DNA of 64,000 nucleotides from the NCBI RefSeq assembly GCF_006345805.1, contig NC_043010.1:37820001-37884000 (forward strand). Direction: 5' to 3'. Within the stretch, counting starts at the first letter, position 1, and each line of letters begins with the position of its first letter. This document shows, one piece after another, positions 51,290 through 64,000 of the stretch. Both the position numbers and the translations under genes were made by a program. The notes under the pieces were generated by a model. It saw only the letters and a program-made list of their open reading frames with translations, was not told the origin of the DNA and ran no database searches. This DNA is from Octopus sinensis. Taxonomy: Eukaryota.

Positions 51290-51537
51290 CAGAGTAGGCC
51301 AAAAGTCACCCGACAGTAAATCAAAATTCCATAAATACTTAATATTCAGTTTTATTTATTCATTCCAGTTATAAATGTTTAATAATTGAATGCTGTGAGT
51401 TAAAAATCCCCGTTTTCTTTTTTTTTTTTCAACATTTGTCTATTTATTAGTGAAGTCTGATGTAAAATAATTTTTTTGTTTTAATCTTGGATTTAAATAG
51501 TTTTGATTTACTGTAATGTGATTCTTGGCCAACCCTG
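51290..51537. mobile_element. Tc1/mariner-type MITE with TA target duplication
   Basis: TA-CAGAGTAGGCCAAAAGTCAC..CAGTAAATCAAAA ... TTTTGATTTACTG..GTGATTCTTGGCCAACCCTG-TA (TIRs of about 37 bp). Confidence 0.88.
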
Positions 51538-52023
51538 TATATGCATGCGTGTGTGTGTTTGTGCGTGGTGGGAAGTTGTATATGTGTCTTTGTCCGTTCC
51601 TTGTTTGTCTACTCAGAATGGAAGCGTGTTGCCTCAATAAACATAACTTAGTCATTCAATAAACCAAGATCGATAAAATAAGTACTAGACTAAAATAAGT
51701 ACAGGAGTCAATATGATTGATTAAAAATGCTCTTGAAAGCTGTGCCCCAATATGGCCTTCTTTGTTCTGTGCCTGGAATCAGTAAAAGAATAAATAGATG
51801 AATACGTAGATATCATGCATACATCTGTTTGTACATTGATTGGAAGAAAGATGGACTACAGACATACATAGATGGTCAAAGATATCACATAGATGTATAA
51901 GCATACACAAATAGATTGATCAATGGATCCCAGACATATTTATATAGAGATGAATAGATATAACACACACATACACACAGTCAGATGGATGGATACCAAG
52001 TGAACATGTACAACTGTGTGTGT

Positions 52024-52038
52024 ATAATAATAATAATA

Positions 52039-52074
<36 letters not shown>

Positions 52075-52540
52075 TTCTACTATAGGCACAAGGCCTGAAA
52101 TTTTGGAAGATGGGACTAGTCAATTACATTGCTCATTGATCCAGTGTGTAACTGGTACTTAGTTTAGCGACCCTGAAAGGATGAAAGGCAAAGTCGACCC
52201 CAGTGGCATTTGAACTCAGAACGTAAAGACTGACAAAATACTGCTAAGCATTTTGTCTGATGTGGTAATGGTTTTGCCAGCTTGCTGCCTTAATAATGAT
52301 AATAATCTTTTCTACTATAGGCTAGGGCCTTAAATTTTGGGAGAGGGGACTTGTCAATTACATCGATCCCCAGTGAGTAACTGGTACTTATTTCATCAAC
52401 TCCAAAAGGATGAAAAGCAAAGTCGACCTTGGTGGAATTTGTACTTCAAACATAAAGACAGGAGAGATGCTGCTAAGCATTTTGTCTGACATGGTAACGA
52501 TTTTTGCCAGCTTGCTGCCTTAATAATAATGACAATAATA
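52024..52540 (-). mobile_element. (AAT)n tract plus two tandem SINE family B copies
   Basis: Copies at about 52073-52292 and 52310-52520, each bordered by AATAAT. Confidence 0.85.
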
Positions 52541-52870
52541 ATATGGTTGTAAAAGACCAAAGTCATTAAGACTGTTTATTGATTGATCTGGGTATCCTTT
52601 ATGATCATAATATTGCAGCAAATGAATTTGACTGGCTCAGAAAATATAAAGATTTGGTTCAAGGGAATTGAAAAAAATGTGGTGTCTCAAGATGGTTACA
52701 AAAATAGTGATAGTAGGAGCATTAGGATTTATCAAGAAAAGAACTGAAAATTATTATATTCCTTGGCTTACCATCCTTGCAAGATGTGCAAAAGATCATT
52801 TTAACTGGAATATCACACATATTGAGAAGGGCATTGTTTCTATGGGAATGATAACCTCCCTTATAAATAA

Positions 52871-53765
52871 CTAGCTGACATACCCGGTAATTCCTGGGAA
52901 AGCGGGGCTTATCCTTTGGTTCCATTCTCATAATTGTTTCGCTAATCCAGTATGTAGTCCTTAAAATGGTTTTTGTGCATTTCCAGAGAGTACCGAACTG
53001 TTTTACACAGGATCTTGTTTTTAGGAATTCCCAATAAGTTATGGATACTCAAATTGTGAAGTCAGTTATGTAATAATGTGAAATTAGTTACCTGATAGTA
53101 AGAATTCAAATAAAGTAGCTCCGAAAAGGGCTTTAATGCATTCTGAGAGTATATAGAACATAGGAGGAAATACTAATAAGGTATGTATATTAAAATCGTG
53201 AAGCATGTTATGTAATAACAGGCTAATCAGATATGAGATAATAACAGTTCAAAGTAAACAACTCTGTAAAGAGCTTTTGTGCATTCCCAAAGAATATCAC
53301 CCTCAGTGGTGCTAGTGTTGGTATATTTGTGAATAAGTCACTAACCGAAATAAGTGGATCTATTGTTTAGAAAAATACTAGTTACTTGTTTAAGGGTTGT
53401 ACTAGATAAATTGTGAAAATAACTCTGATACTAAGAAATAAGCATACTCAATTTAATTTTTACCAAATAATTGAGGAAAATGAATGGGTTATTTCCCTTG
53501 GCTATATATATATAAGGATCCCATCCAGGGGCAAATGGGGTTATTTCCTTGGTTTTTACAATAAAATATATTAGATATGTATAAAGATCCCTTCCAGGGG
53601 TCCTATTATCAATTTTTTCAACAATCTGAGTATGCCATGGGGTTTCCAGACATGAGTTCTACTCATGTGTCAAGTTTCATCAAAATCTATAAAATGATGT
53701 AGGAAGAGTTAGCTAACAACTCTACTAACACACCCACAGACAGAATTTCTCACATATGTAGTAGG
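52871..53765 (+). mobile_element. Helitron/Helentron-like non-autonomous element
   Basis: 5' ACTAGCTGACATACCCGGTAATTCCTGGG; 3' CAAGTTTCATCAAAATC..CACAGACAGAATTTCTCACATATGTAGTAGG; same architecture as 6346-7156. Confidence 0.55.
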
Positions 53766-54437
53766 TTTTTGTTTTTTTCACATTATTTGATTTTGTAAAT
53801 GAACAATATGGTGTGTTTAATTTAGTGGCCTACCAATGAGTCTCTTTGCCCTAGGTGTCAAGAAGACACTCAGCAAGAAATGGAAACAAAATTGAAGGAA
53901 GAAGAAAATCTCAGAATCACAATAATAATGAGCTTACTGTATATAACAAACTTATATATAGTAAGTAGATTTTCTATCTATGAAGCCCAAGAAGTTAATA
54001 TGCTTCAATAAGTTGTGTGAAACAGAGTTTATTTTCATGAGATACCTCTTGAAATCACCTTAGGAGACACCTCTACACCGAGCAATATGCCTAAATCAGT
54101 TTTGCAGTATCCCACATGCGAGGGATTGAAGCTAGAGGGGTCAAAATGACTGTAGCGATCAATAAAGATTTTTGTATATTCCTTTTCTATTCTAGGCACA
54201 AAGCCTGAAATTTTGGAGGAGTAGGGGTGGGAAGTCAGTTAGATCCACCTCAGTATGCAACTGGTACTTAAATTATTGACCCTGAAAGGATGAAAAGCAA
54301 CGTTGACCTTGTTGGAATTTGAACTAAGAAACGTAAAGTCAGATGAAATACCACTAAGCATTTCGCCTGGCATGCTAATGTTTCTGCCAGCTCGCCACCT
54401 TGATTCTTGTATATCCCATCTTCCATCTCTCTCATTG

Positions 54438-54476
<39 letters not shown>

Positions 54477-55528
54477 TAATGTCTGCTTTTCCATGCTTGC
54501 ATTGTCCAGACAGAAGTTGTTGAGACAGATTTTCTACAGCTGAATGCTCTGCCTGTCAAGAAGTTTGCTTTGCAGATTTATGTTTTCCTGGTTTGAAAGG
54601 AGCCCATTATATGTGGGGGGGGGGGCTAGATATGATGTCTTGTGTTATTTACCGTCGCCCCTCTGCATTCTGGGTTGAAACCATTCTGAGGTTAGCTTTC
54701 CTGTTTCTCCTCTTGGAGCTGATTAAACAAGTTCCAGTCTAGTACAGGGTTTGGTTCTTATCTCTGTGTGTGTTTGTGTTAGAAATTGGCGGCTGTGATT
54801 GACCTAGAGAGGGAGATGTGCTCTGCCAGATTTTAAAGTAAACAATTAAGATATACTGTAAATCATCACAGCAGCATGGTGGAAAATGCACCCAACACAC
54901 TCTGTAAAGTGGTTGACACGAGGAAGGGCATCCCAGCCATAGAAATCATGTCCAAAGCGGACATTGGTGCTGAACACTGTCTGCTGACTCATTGGATCCT
55001 GTCAAGCCATCCAGTCCAAGCCAGCATGAAAAATGGACATCAGATGATGGTAATGATGATATATACACTGATACACCCCTGCCCAATTTAATAGATGGAC
55101 CGCAGCCATAGTAATGATCTCTCTCTTTCAGACACATACTAACAAGTAAACAGATAGATAACTGCTTTTTGTTTTTGTTTTTTGTCTTTTATTATTCTTT
55201 ATTCCTTTCTGTCTTTCTTTCCTCATTTCCTTCTTTCTTGTCCATTCTTCCTTCCTTCCTTCCTCCTTCCTTCTTTCCATTAAGCAAGATATTTCGCAAA
55301 AATTTTTCTGAGTAGCTTTTTTGGGATTGTTGTTTTTCGTTTTATTTTCTATTTTTCCGTTCTTTTTTTTCTTTTTTTTTTGAGACACAATTATAATAAT
55401 TAAAAGATTTTTATGAGATAAACAACAACAACAGCAATCAATCAAGCAAAGCAACAAACAAAAAGAAAACAAAATGTTGCCAAAAAATTTACAACAAAAG
55501 CACAATCAATCAATCTCTCCCCCTCCCT

Positions 55529-55571
<43 letters not shown>

Positions 55572-56146
55572 CTAAATCAAATAACTGAGAACCCCCACAC
55601 ACATGCATACTTATACAGTCATGTTCACACACACACTAACACATACATACATACATACATACATACATATCCATATAAACATACTTGCATACATATGCAT
55701 CCATGTTCATACACACACACACATATACATACATGCATAGAGATATCCACATAAACACACATATATATGCACATTCACACACTCATGTATACATACATAT
55801 ATACCCATGTTCACACATACATATATACATACATAGCTATAAACATACTCATGTATATGTGCACACACATACACATATATATATATATATACACACACAT
55901 ACATGCATACATATGCACCCATATTCACACACACACACACATATATATACACACTCACACACACAGCGCAGCTTCTCTATACACCCTCTCCTGTACCAAA
56001 TCATTTTTATTAAGGGTTCATTTTATAGTGGTGGGTGGTTGTGGTTGGGTGGAGGGTGGGGGTACCTAACTATATTTCACAGTGTAATAATTGATTTCCC
56101 TAAGTATATTCCTCTTCGGCTGTTTACAAGATGGTGGTGGTGGTAG

Positions 56147-56178
<32 letters not shown>

Positions 56179-57522
56179 GCAGAGATGGTGGTGAGGATTG
56201 ACTGGCTCCCATGCTGGTGGGACGTAAAAAGCACTATCAGAATGTGAGATGGTGATGGTGGTGTTGTTGGTGGTGATAAGGATGGTAAGGAAATGATTGC
56301 TGGTGTTGGTTATGGTGGTGGTGGTGGTGGTGGTGGTGGTAGTAAAACGGATGGTAGTGATCTGATCCTGGTGTTGACAGTGGTAGCCCATGAGTGGTAA
56401 TGATTGCTGTAGTTGTTTAGCCCCAGGTCAGCTCTGATTGAGCAAATCTATGATCAAAGGCATTCCAGTCATGATCATCCCATTTTATTCCGATATGGAG
56501 AGAATCCTCCCTCACCAACCACCACCACACTTTATCCAATGTGTCCGTTTCTGTGATGTTGGGATATGATTCGAGGGAGGTTCAACTGCTTTTTCTTGGT
56601 AGTCGAGCAACCATGTAGAAGTACTCTTGTTGGCTGGTGTTGTGATGGTTGTTGTTGGTGGCGGGATGTTTTGGTGGAACATGTGTGTTGATGAGGTGTG
56701 ATGGTGGTGATGGTTGTTGTTGTTGGTGGTGGTGGTGGGTGTGATTTTGGGGCTTTCTATTGATAGTGGGTTGTAATGAGGTAGTATGATGTATAATGGT
56801 GCTTGAAGACCAGGGGCCGCAATAGGTTCCATTGTCTGTTTTGGCATGTCGTCTATGACTGGATGCCCTTCCTAATGTCGGACACTTTACAGAGTGTACT
56901 GGATGCTTTTTATGTGGCACCAGCACAAGCCCCATCATATACACACACACACACACATATATATGTTTCAAAATGTAACTACATGTGGATCATTGGCAAT
57001 TTTTTTCCACCGTCTTCCTTTCTCTCGGACTTTCCTCTGTCTCCTTTTTCTGAAGAAGAGCTTTGTTCAAAATGTAAAGCTACCTTTCTTTCCTTCCCTA
57101 AATGTCTGTTAATACTTTGCAAGTACCACATCCTCGCATTGTTTTTTTCTTGTGTTTTTTCTTCATTTTTTGGGGGGGGTGGGTGGGATTAATCAGATAT
57201 TGTGTAATTTTATATATATATATATGTATGTATATGTATATATATATATGTATATGTATGTATATATGTGTATGTATGTATGTATGTAGGTATGTTTGTG
57301 TGTGTGGGTGGTGTGTTGATTAAAGCACATTCACAGTTTGGGCTACCTGGTGTCAACTATGGTTGGGATATATTTTGGCTGGTGTGACCCAGACTGCACT
57401 GATCGATGCAACACAGATGCACAACATTCCGCCGATAAAGGACATTTGTAGGAGGGAGTCGAAACGATCTTCGTACTGAATAAAGACTAGTACCATCTCT
57501 GTCTTCTATTTCCTTCATCAAT

Positions 57523-57559
<37 letters not shown>

Positions 57560-57562
<3 letters not shown>

Positions 57563-57720
57563 TCTCTCTCTGTTTATTCCTTGTGTTCCTTTCTGATGAA
57601 GAGCGTAGGCTCAAAACCTAAAAGACTTTCTCACCTTCCCGAGTGTCAAACTAATACACCTGCTTGTTGTTCATACACCTGTCTTTGTGTTTTGTTTTTC
57701 TGTAAAATTTCAAATATATA
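57560..57720 (+). mobile_element. Short Penelope-like repeat with a hammerhead-like motif at 57588-57624
   Basis: CCTTT CTGATGA A GAGC GTAG GCTC AAAA CC TA AAAG; (TA)n on both sides; same subfamily as 22555-22735. Confidence 0.55.
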
Positions 57721-57728
57721 TATATATT

Positions 57729-58300
57729 GCTGGTGCCACATAAAAAAAAGCACCATCCAAATGTGGCCAATACCAGTAACCCCTGACTGGCTCCCATGCT
57801 GGTGGGACGTAAAAAGCACTATCCAAATGTGAGTGATGCTAGGAATGCCTGACTGGTCTCCGGACCGGTGGCCTGTAAAAAGTACCAACCAAACGTATTT
57901 GATGACAGTACCCACTGACTGGCTCCCATGTTGGTGACATGTAAAAAGCACTATCCGACCGCAGTCTATGCCAGGACCACCTGTCTGGCCCCCATGCCAG
58001 TGGCATGTAAAAAGCACCCTCCGAACGTGGCCAATGCCAGTACCCCCTGACTGGCCCCTGTGCTGGTGGCATGTAAAAAGCACTATCTGAATGTGATTGA
58101 TGCCAGTAGCCCCTAACTGGCTCCTGTACTAGTGGAATGTAAAAAGCGCCCACTACACTCTCGGAGTGGCTGGCATCAGGAAGGGCTGTAGAAACATTGC
58201 CAGATCAGATTGGAGCCTGGTGTAGCCACTGACTCTCCAGGCAGCAGTCAAACCAGCCAACCCATGCCAGCATGGAAAACGGATATTTTAATGATGATGA
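57729..58300 (+). mobile_element. SINE-like element with seven approximately 65-bp tandem units and an RTE-like tail
   Basis: AAAAAG(C/T)AC anchor near 57746, 57811, 57877, 57943, 58008, 58075 and 58141, then the same tail as 41785-42125. Confidence 0.8.
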
Positions 58301-58489
58301 TATATATATATATATATATACAATGGGCTTCTTTCAGTTTCTGTCTACCAAATCAACACACAAGGCTTTGATCAGCTCAGGACTATAGTAGAAGACACTC
58401 ATTTGAGGTACCATACAGTGGGACTGAACCTAAAAGCCATGTGGTTGGGGAATGAGTTTATTACCACGCAGCCATGCCTCCACATATAC

Positions 58490-58980
58490 AATGATGTTGG
58501 TAATGATGTTAGTGGTGGTCATGGTGGTTGTGTTGATGATGTTTGTAGTGGTGATGGTGGTGGTGGTAGCAGTTTGTCTGCATGAGTGGGTGTTGGCAAT
58601 ATCGACGGAGAGGATCATGTTGATGCTGGTAACTGTCCTGCTTAGAGCATTGTCTGGTGGTTATATTTCTACGAGGATGCTTATGGTTTTGCTGCTGCTG
58701 CTGCTGCTGGGATGGTTCTTGTGAAGTAATGGTGTTGGTGGATGCAGAAGAGACGAATGATTATAGTGATGGAATAGATATCAATGCTAATGGCGATGAC
58801 GATGATGATGATGATGATGATGATGCTGACGATAATTATAATGGTGGAGCTGATTATGATTGTGGTAGAATTGGTAGTTTTTATGTAATTGTGATAGCAA
58901 CATTAGTATGTTGTAATGTGTTGATCGTAATAATAATAATAATAATAATAATGATAATAATGGTGATGGTGGTAATATTA
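58490..58980. repeat. Degenerate (GAT/GGT/AAT)n trinucleotide field
   Basis: Direct reading; a similar field lies at 56130-56370. Confidence 0.85.
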
Positions 58981-60380
58981 AAACCATCAGATATCATAAA
59001 ATAATTTAATTTTCTCTTGATTTGTTTTAATTTATCGTCATTCTTAGTACTTTTAATTTGTATCAGGAATTTTTTTTTTTCCTTTTTGTTTGTATTTGTT
59101 CTTTTTTTTTTCTTCTTTGGTATTTTTCGATTTTGTTTTGTCTTATTCTGTTTCGATGTGTTCTGTTATTCTGCTGTGTAAAATTGAAATTACCAGGAAT
59201 ATATTGTGTGTGTGTGTATACACTCACACACACGCATTCACACTTACACACACATGTATATGTGAATGCACATATACACACACACATACACACACACACA
59301 CACACATGCATATACATACACAAACATATATACATACATATATATATATATATACATACATATATATATATACATATATATATACATATACATTATAATT
59401 ATGTATACATATACACACACACACACATCTATATGTATGCACACATTCATATTAATACAGATATTTCTCACTATATGTATACACATGCATGCACAAACAC
59501 ACACACACATTTGAATAGATATTGATGCGTGTGTGTATATATAATGTGTGTGTTTGTAATGTGTATATGGTGTAAATCTGTTACTTTTACATCATGGGTG
59601 GTGTGGAGGGAAGAATCAAACAAAGAAAGGAAAAAGTCTGTCTGTTTTAATCCGTCTCCTTCCTCAACACCCACCACCACTACCACTACCACCACCACTT
59701 CCACCACCACCACCACTACCACCACCACCACCACTCTTATCTACTCATTCATTTATCAAACCATTCCCCACCCATTCGTTTATGTCCTCCACCCCCTACC
59801 TCTCCCTTGCATCTATCAAATTCATTTGTGTTTAATACACGTTTTAGTTTTTTCATATATAAAAAAAAAAACAAAAAAAAAATATGATTGAATGGTTCTT
59901 CACAATGTTTTCCAACAGGTAACAACATTTTTATGGCCTTCTCCTGGAAAAATTCAGAAGTCACTTTCAAAGTTAGCGTTTTTTTGTTTCATTTAGGATG
60001 TATGAAATTTTTCGTTGTGATTTTTTTTTATACAGCTGTCATAATTGTTGCCATAAATTACAATACAAAAACTCAAGGTTGGTGTGCATTATATCTCCAG
60101 TTTTTTTATTACTCTATCTCATTCTTTATTTGTCTCAGTCATTGGATTGCAGTCGTAGTGGGGGCACCACCATGTCTAATAGGTTTAGACAAATGAATTG
60201 AGTCCAGTACTTTATTTGTTGCTTTTTGCCTCTCTTTTGGTACTTATCCCCTATTGATCCCAGGTTACTGAACTGATAAGTTATAGGGATGTAAACAAAC
60301 CAACACCGGTTGTCAAGCAGTGGTAGTGTACAAATACACACATGCACACACACATATATATTGATGTGTGTGTGTGTATG

Positions 60381-60437
<57 letters not shown>

Positions 60438-60704
60438 GTATATGTACACATCTCCATATTCTCTATTATAATTATTGCTACGTGTCCCATCATGGCCACA
60501 GCGTTAGGGCTGAAACATGTAAAAGTTCCTACCTACCAATTCCACTCACAGGTCAGCCTGTGGCAATAGTTGAAGACACTTCATGTTTCAAGTTCAAATC
60601 TTGTTGAAGTCAGTTTTACCCTTCATTCTTTCAAAACTCCTCTCAAAACTGCTAGCCCTGTGTCTAAATTGGAACTTATTCAAGGGCAGTGAATTAGCCT
60701 TTAA

Positions 60705-60924
60705 CCCTTTCGTCACTGTATTTATTTTGAGATGCTCTGTGTTTCTTTCAGTTATTTTAGATATAACAAACAATTTAATAAAAAATCTTAGTTATCATTC
60801 GGCTAGTGTTAGGAACATAAATTGTGACTAAGGTTTGGTGGAAGAATTTAATTCAAAACTTATGTAAAAAAGACATTTGTACTCAGAGCCAAAGCCGGTT
60901 TCAGCTGGCTTGGTAATGAAAGGG
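60705..60924. mobile_element. piggyBac-like MITE
   Basis: TTAA-CCCTTTCGTCAC ... GTAATGAAAGGG-TTAG. Confidence 0.75.
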
Positions 60925-61182
60925 TTAGAGCAAGTATGGGCAATCTTTTTCGAGAAGTGGGCCACATGAAACATAGCTTATCATCAGGTGGGCCACACTA
61001 CTATAAAGTTTCTAGGTAATTTTGTATTACATGTTCCATTCGGAACAGTTTGCCTGTGGTTGCTTCGGAGCATTGAGAAAAATGCCTTGTGGTATTTCGT
61101 TCATTTTGGATTTTAACATACTAAGTTCAGTCCCCACTAATGTCACCTTTGCTTTACATTTTTCAAGGGTTGATAAAATAAG

Positions 61183-61416
61183 CCAGTGGTTTTCATCTGG
61201 GGTCCTAAAGGATCTTGTTGTTAAAGTATATGTGCAATAAATTGGTTAAGCTTCTACAATACACAAAATATCTTAACAATTCTTTTATACAATTACTAAT
61301 CATATTTAAACAAGATTTTTTAAAAACATCAAATGGCTATGGGGATCCAGAAGAATAAAATAGGGATCAAAAGGGTCCACAGGTAAAAAAAAAAAAAAAT
61401 GGTTGAGAACAACTGT
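61183..61416. mobile_element. hAT-like MITE
   Basis: CAGTGGTTTTCA ... GGTTGAGAACAACTG; imperfect 8-bp flanks AAATAAGC / TAATAAAC. Confidence 0.7.
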
Positions 61417-62119
61417 AATAAACAAAGTAGTATCTTTGTCCATAGAACTGACTAAAGCCATCTCCCCAAAGAGTATGTTAGAAATTATGCTGTTGTTGTT
61501 ATTAAGAAGGACAGCAGATGGTAGAATCAGTGGAGCATCAGTTATTAATGTTTTGCAGTATTTAGTTAAACTTTTTTCCATTCTGAGTTTAATTCTTGCT
61601 GGCGCCAGTGATTTGGGTTATCCATCCACACCGTACTTTGTCTACCCTGTTTTCTTCTTCATCTCCATCTTTGCTCCACCCTCTCTCTCTCTCCACTCCA
61701 CCTCCTGTTTCTCTCACTCTTGCTCTCCCTCTAACTTTTTCTGCTCTCTCTCTCTCTCTATTCTCTGTCTCTCTAATTTTCCAAACATAGACCTCTTCAG
61801 TTAATTAATAATACATGTTAATTATAAGTATACATTGCAATGCACTCCTGGACATATGTGCATGTATATTATGTGTACATGTATGTGTGAATGTATATGT
61901 GCTGTGCACATATGTGGGAGTGTGTGTGTCAGTGTGAACATATGTCGATGATGATGATGATGATGATTTTAAATTAATTTCATATAAGACATGAACAACA
62001 ATCTAAGAACACAAAGAATATGTTCACCCATGGAACTTGGTCCACATATCTGCGTGTCGCATATGCTCTTCTCTCTATTCTTCTGTTCTGGATTAATGCT
62101 TGTGAATATGTGTATTTTT

Positions 62120-62250
62120 TTATATATATACATACATACACACACAAACACGTATGTATGTATGTGTGTGTATGTATATATATATATATATATATATATG
62201 CATGTATATGTATTGGTGTGTGTATGTGTATTGGTGTTTGTATGTGTGTG

Positions 62251-62282
<32 letters not shown>

Positions 62283-62336
62283 AGCATATATATATAGAGA
62301 GAGAAAGATATGTATATATACATACATATGTATGTA

Positions 62337-62367
<31 letters not shown>

Positions 62368-63345
62368 TATATATTATATATATATATATATAAAATTATG
62401 TATATATAAATATGTACATACATATGTATGTGTATATATATACATATATATATATGTGTGTGTGTATACATAGATGTGTATATATTTATGCTAAAGAATA
62501 ATAACCTGCTATACTTGGTTAGTATCCTGCCTGTTTTTGTCTTGGTATTCTAGGAACTGAGAACCCAGGAATTGAAGAGTTGGTGCATGTGTTTGGGGTG
62601 GGGATGGGTGGAGAGATAATATATTAAACAAATGCAGACATACTAAATACACTAAAACAAAAACAAAAGCAAGAACTAACAACAGGATGTAAAGGCATGA
62701 TAAACAAGACTAATGAGCTTCTGAACAGTGTGTGAATATCCATGTATATACATACATATTCACACATCTGCATACATATAAATAAGCACACAACACGTGT
62801 ATATATATATATCATCATCAGTATATATATATATATATATATATATACATACACACACACACATATGTATATCTATTTGTGTTTGCATATATGTGTAAAG
62901 ATGCTTATGTGTGTGTGTGTATATATATATATATGTATATATATGTATGTATGTACACATTTATGAATTTGTTTTGCAAGATTACTGATGTGAAATCATG
63001 TGTTGCAACAGATATTGTTATATTTTGGGATAATCTTTTTTTTATCTCTGTTTTTTTATTTTTTTTTTTTACTTTTCTTGAGCAAAAAAGAAAATGACCA
63101 TCCCGAAATATAACAATATATGTGTGTGTGTGTGTGTGTATAAATATGTATATATGTGTAAGTATACATGCATATATATGTGTGTATATGTATATAATGT
63201 GTGTGTATGTCTATGCATCTGTGTATATGTATATATATACATGTCTGTATATGTGTATATACATGTGTATATGTATATATATATATTATATATATATATA
63301 TATATTTGTACATGCATGTATGTATATGTGTGTATGTACATACAT
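62120..63345. repeat. Several compound (TA)n/(TG)n/(TATG)n microsatellites
   Basis: Direct reading; interrupted by short unique stretches. Confidence 0.9.
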
Positions 63346-63449
63346 GTTTATATTTTTCTTGGGGGTTTTAGATTTTTTCTCCTTTGTAGAATTCAAGCCA
63401 CTCACTAATAAAGTGCCAAAGCATTATCTCTTGGGATTTGTAGATATCC

Positions 63450-63483
<34 letters not shown>

Positions 63484-64000
63484 TGTACATACAGACACAC
63501 AGACACCTGTGAATGTTGCTGTAAGGAATCTGAAGCGGAGAAACCCTGAAATTACAACTTTTCACTGTACCAATTGTATTTGAAGAGTACAAATCACTTT
63601 ACTTCTTACTTCATTTTGTTTTTGAAGTACTTTACCATTTTCTAGGCATTTTATTCAAATCTGTTGTTCATTTGTTATTACATACAAATATGAAAGTCTA
63701 TAGCCTTGACATAAGAGCTCCAAGTTTCTTAATAGTTTTCCATACTTCTCAACTTTTGAATGAAAACCCTACTCCTGAACAAATTGGTTTATTTACTTGT
63801 TTGCTTTTGTTTTGTTTTATTGTTGAGTCACTTAATCCATCTTATAATAATTCTGCTTGTTCCTCCGTTACTTAGCTCGTCTGTAATGCTTCCATGTGAT
63901 TAGTGGAAGGGGGAAAGGGACGGAGAAGTGGTGGTGAATGAAATTTACTCTTTGCTCTTTTACTTGTTTCAGTCATTTGACTGTGACCATGCTGGAGCAC

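Noticed and set aside
53855-53960. Plus-strand exon with two open frames
   Set aside because: Low-complexity A-rich sequence; reading frame ambiguous and no homology
57729-58150. CRISPR array
   Set aside because: Eukaryotic context, no cas genes, spacers are homologous to one another, and the array is part of a dispersed SINE-like element

Overview
AT-rich, microsatellite-saturated eukaryotic DNA. The SINE families and (TA)n/(TATG)n/(CA)n load point to a coleoid cephalopod, most likely Octopus; this is inference from repeat recognition, not a database search. No complete protein-coding gene can be supported, and nearly all ORFs in the supplied track are translated microsatellites or SINEs. 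Recognisable content: a decayed pogo/Tigger transposase split by a SINE (1.9-3.8 kb), two 3' fragments of an RLE-type (R4/Dong-like) non-LTR retrotransposon, a LINE 3' end with three C2H2 fingers, a mariner C-terminal fragment, several MITEs (Tc1/mariner-, hAT-, piggyBac- and Helentron-like), and dozens of tRNA-derived SINE copies. Best leads: (1) minimal type I hammerhead-ribozyme motifs in Penelope-like terminal repeats, one near-intact at 909-954 plus five decayed copies that each carry a CpG-type change at or next to G12; (2) a shift from CpG-retaining to CpG-decayed repeats at about 18-20 kb beside a CpG-rich candidate promoter, suggesting the edge of a methylated gene body; (3) an inverted duplication (21.2-21.7 kb vs 30.9-31.3 kb) with an abrupt step in identity, sitting inside an 825-bp near-identical tandem duplication; (4) a SINE with a variable-number 65-bp double-hairpin array. 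Candidate exons are listed at low confidence only. Coordinates of degraded repeats are approximate and identities were estimated by eye.
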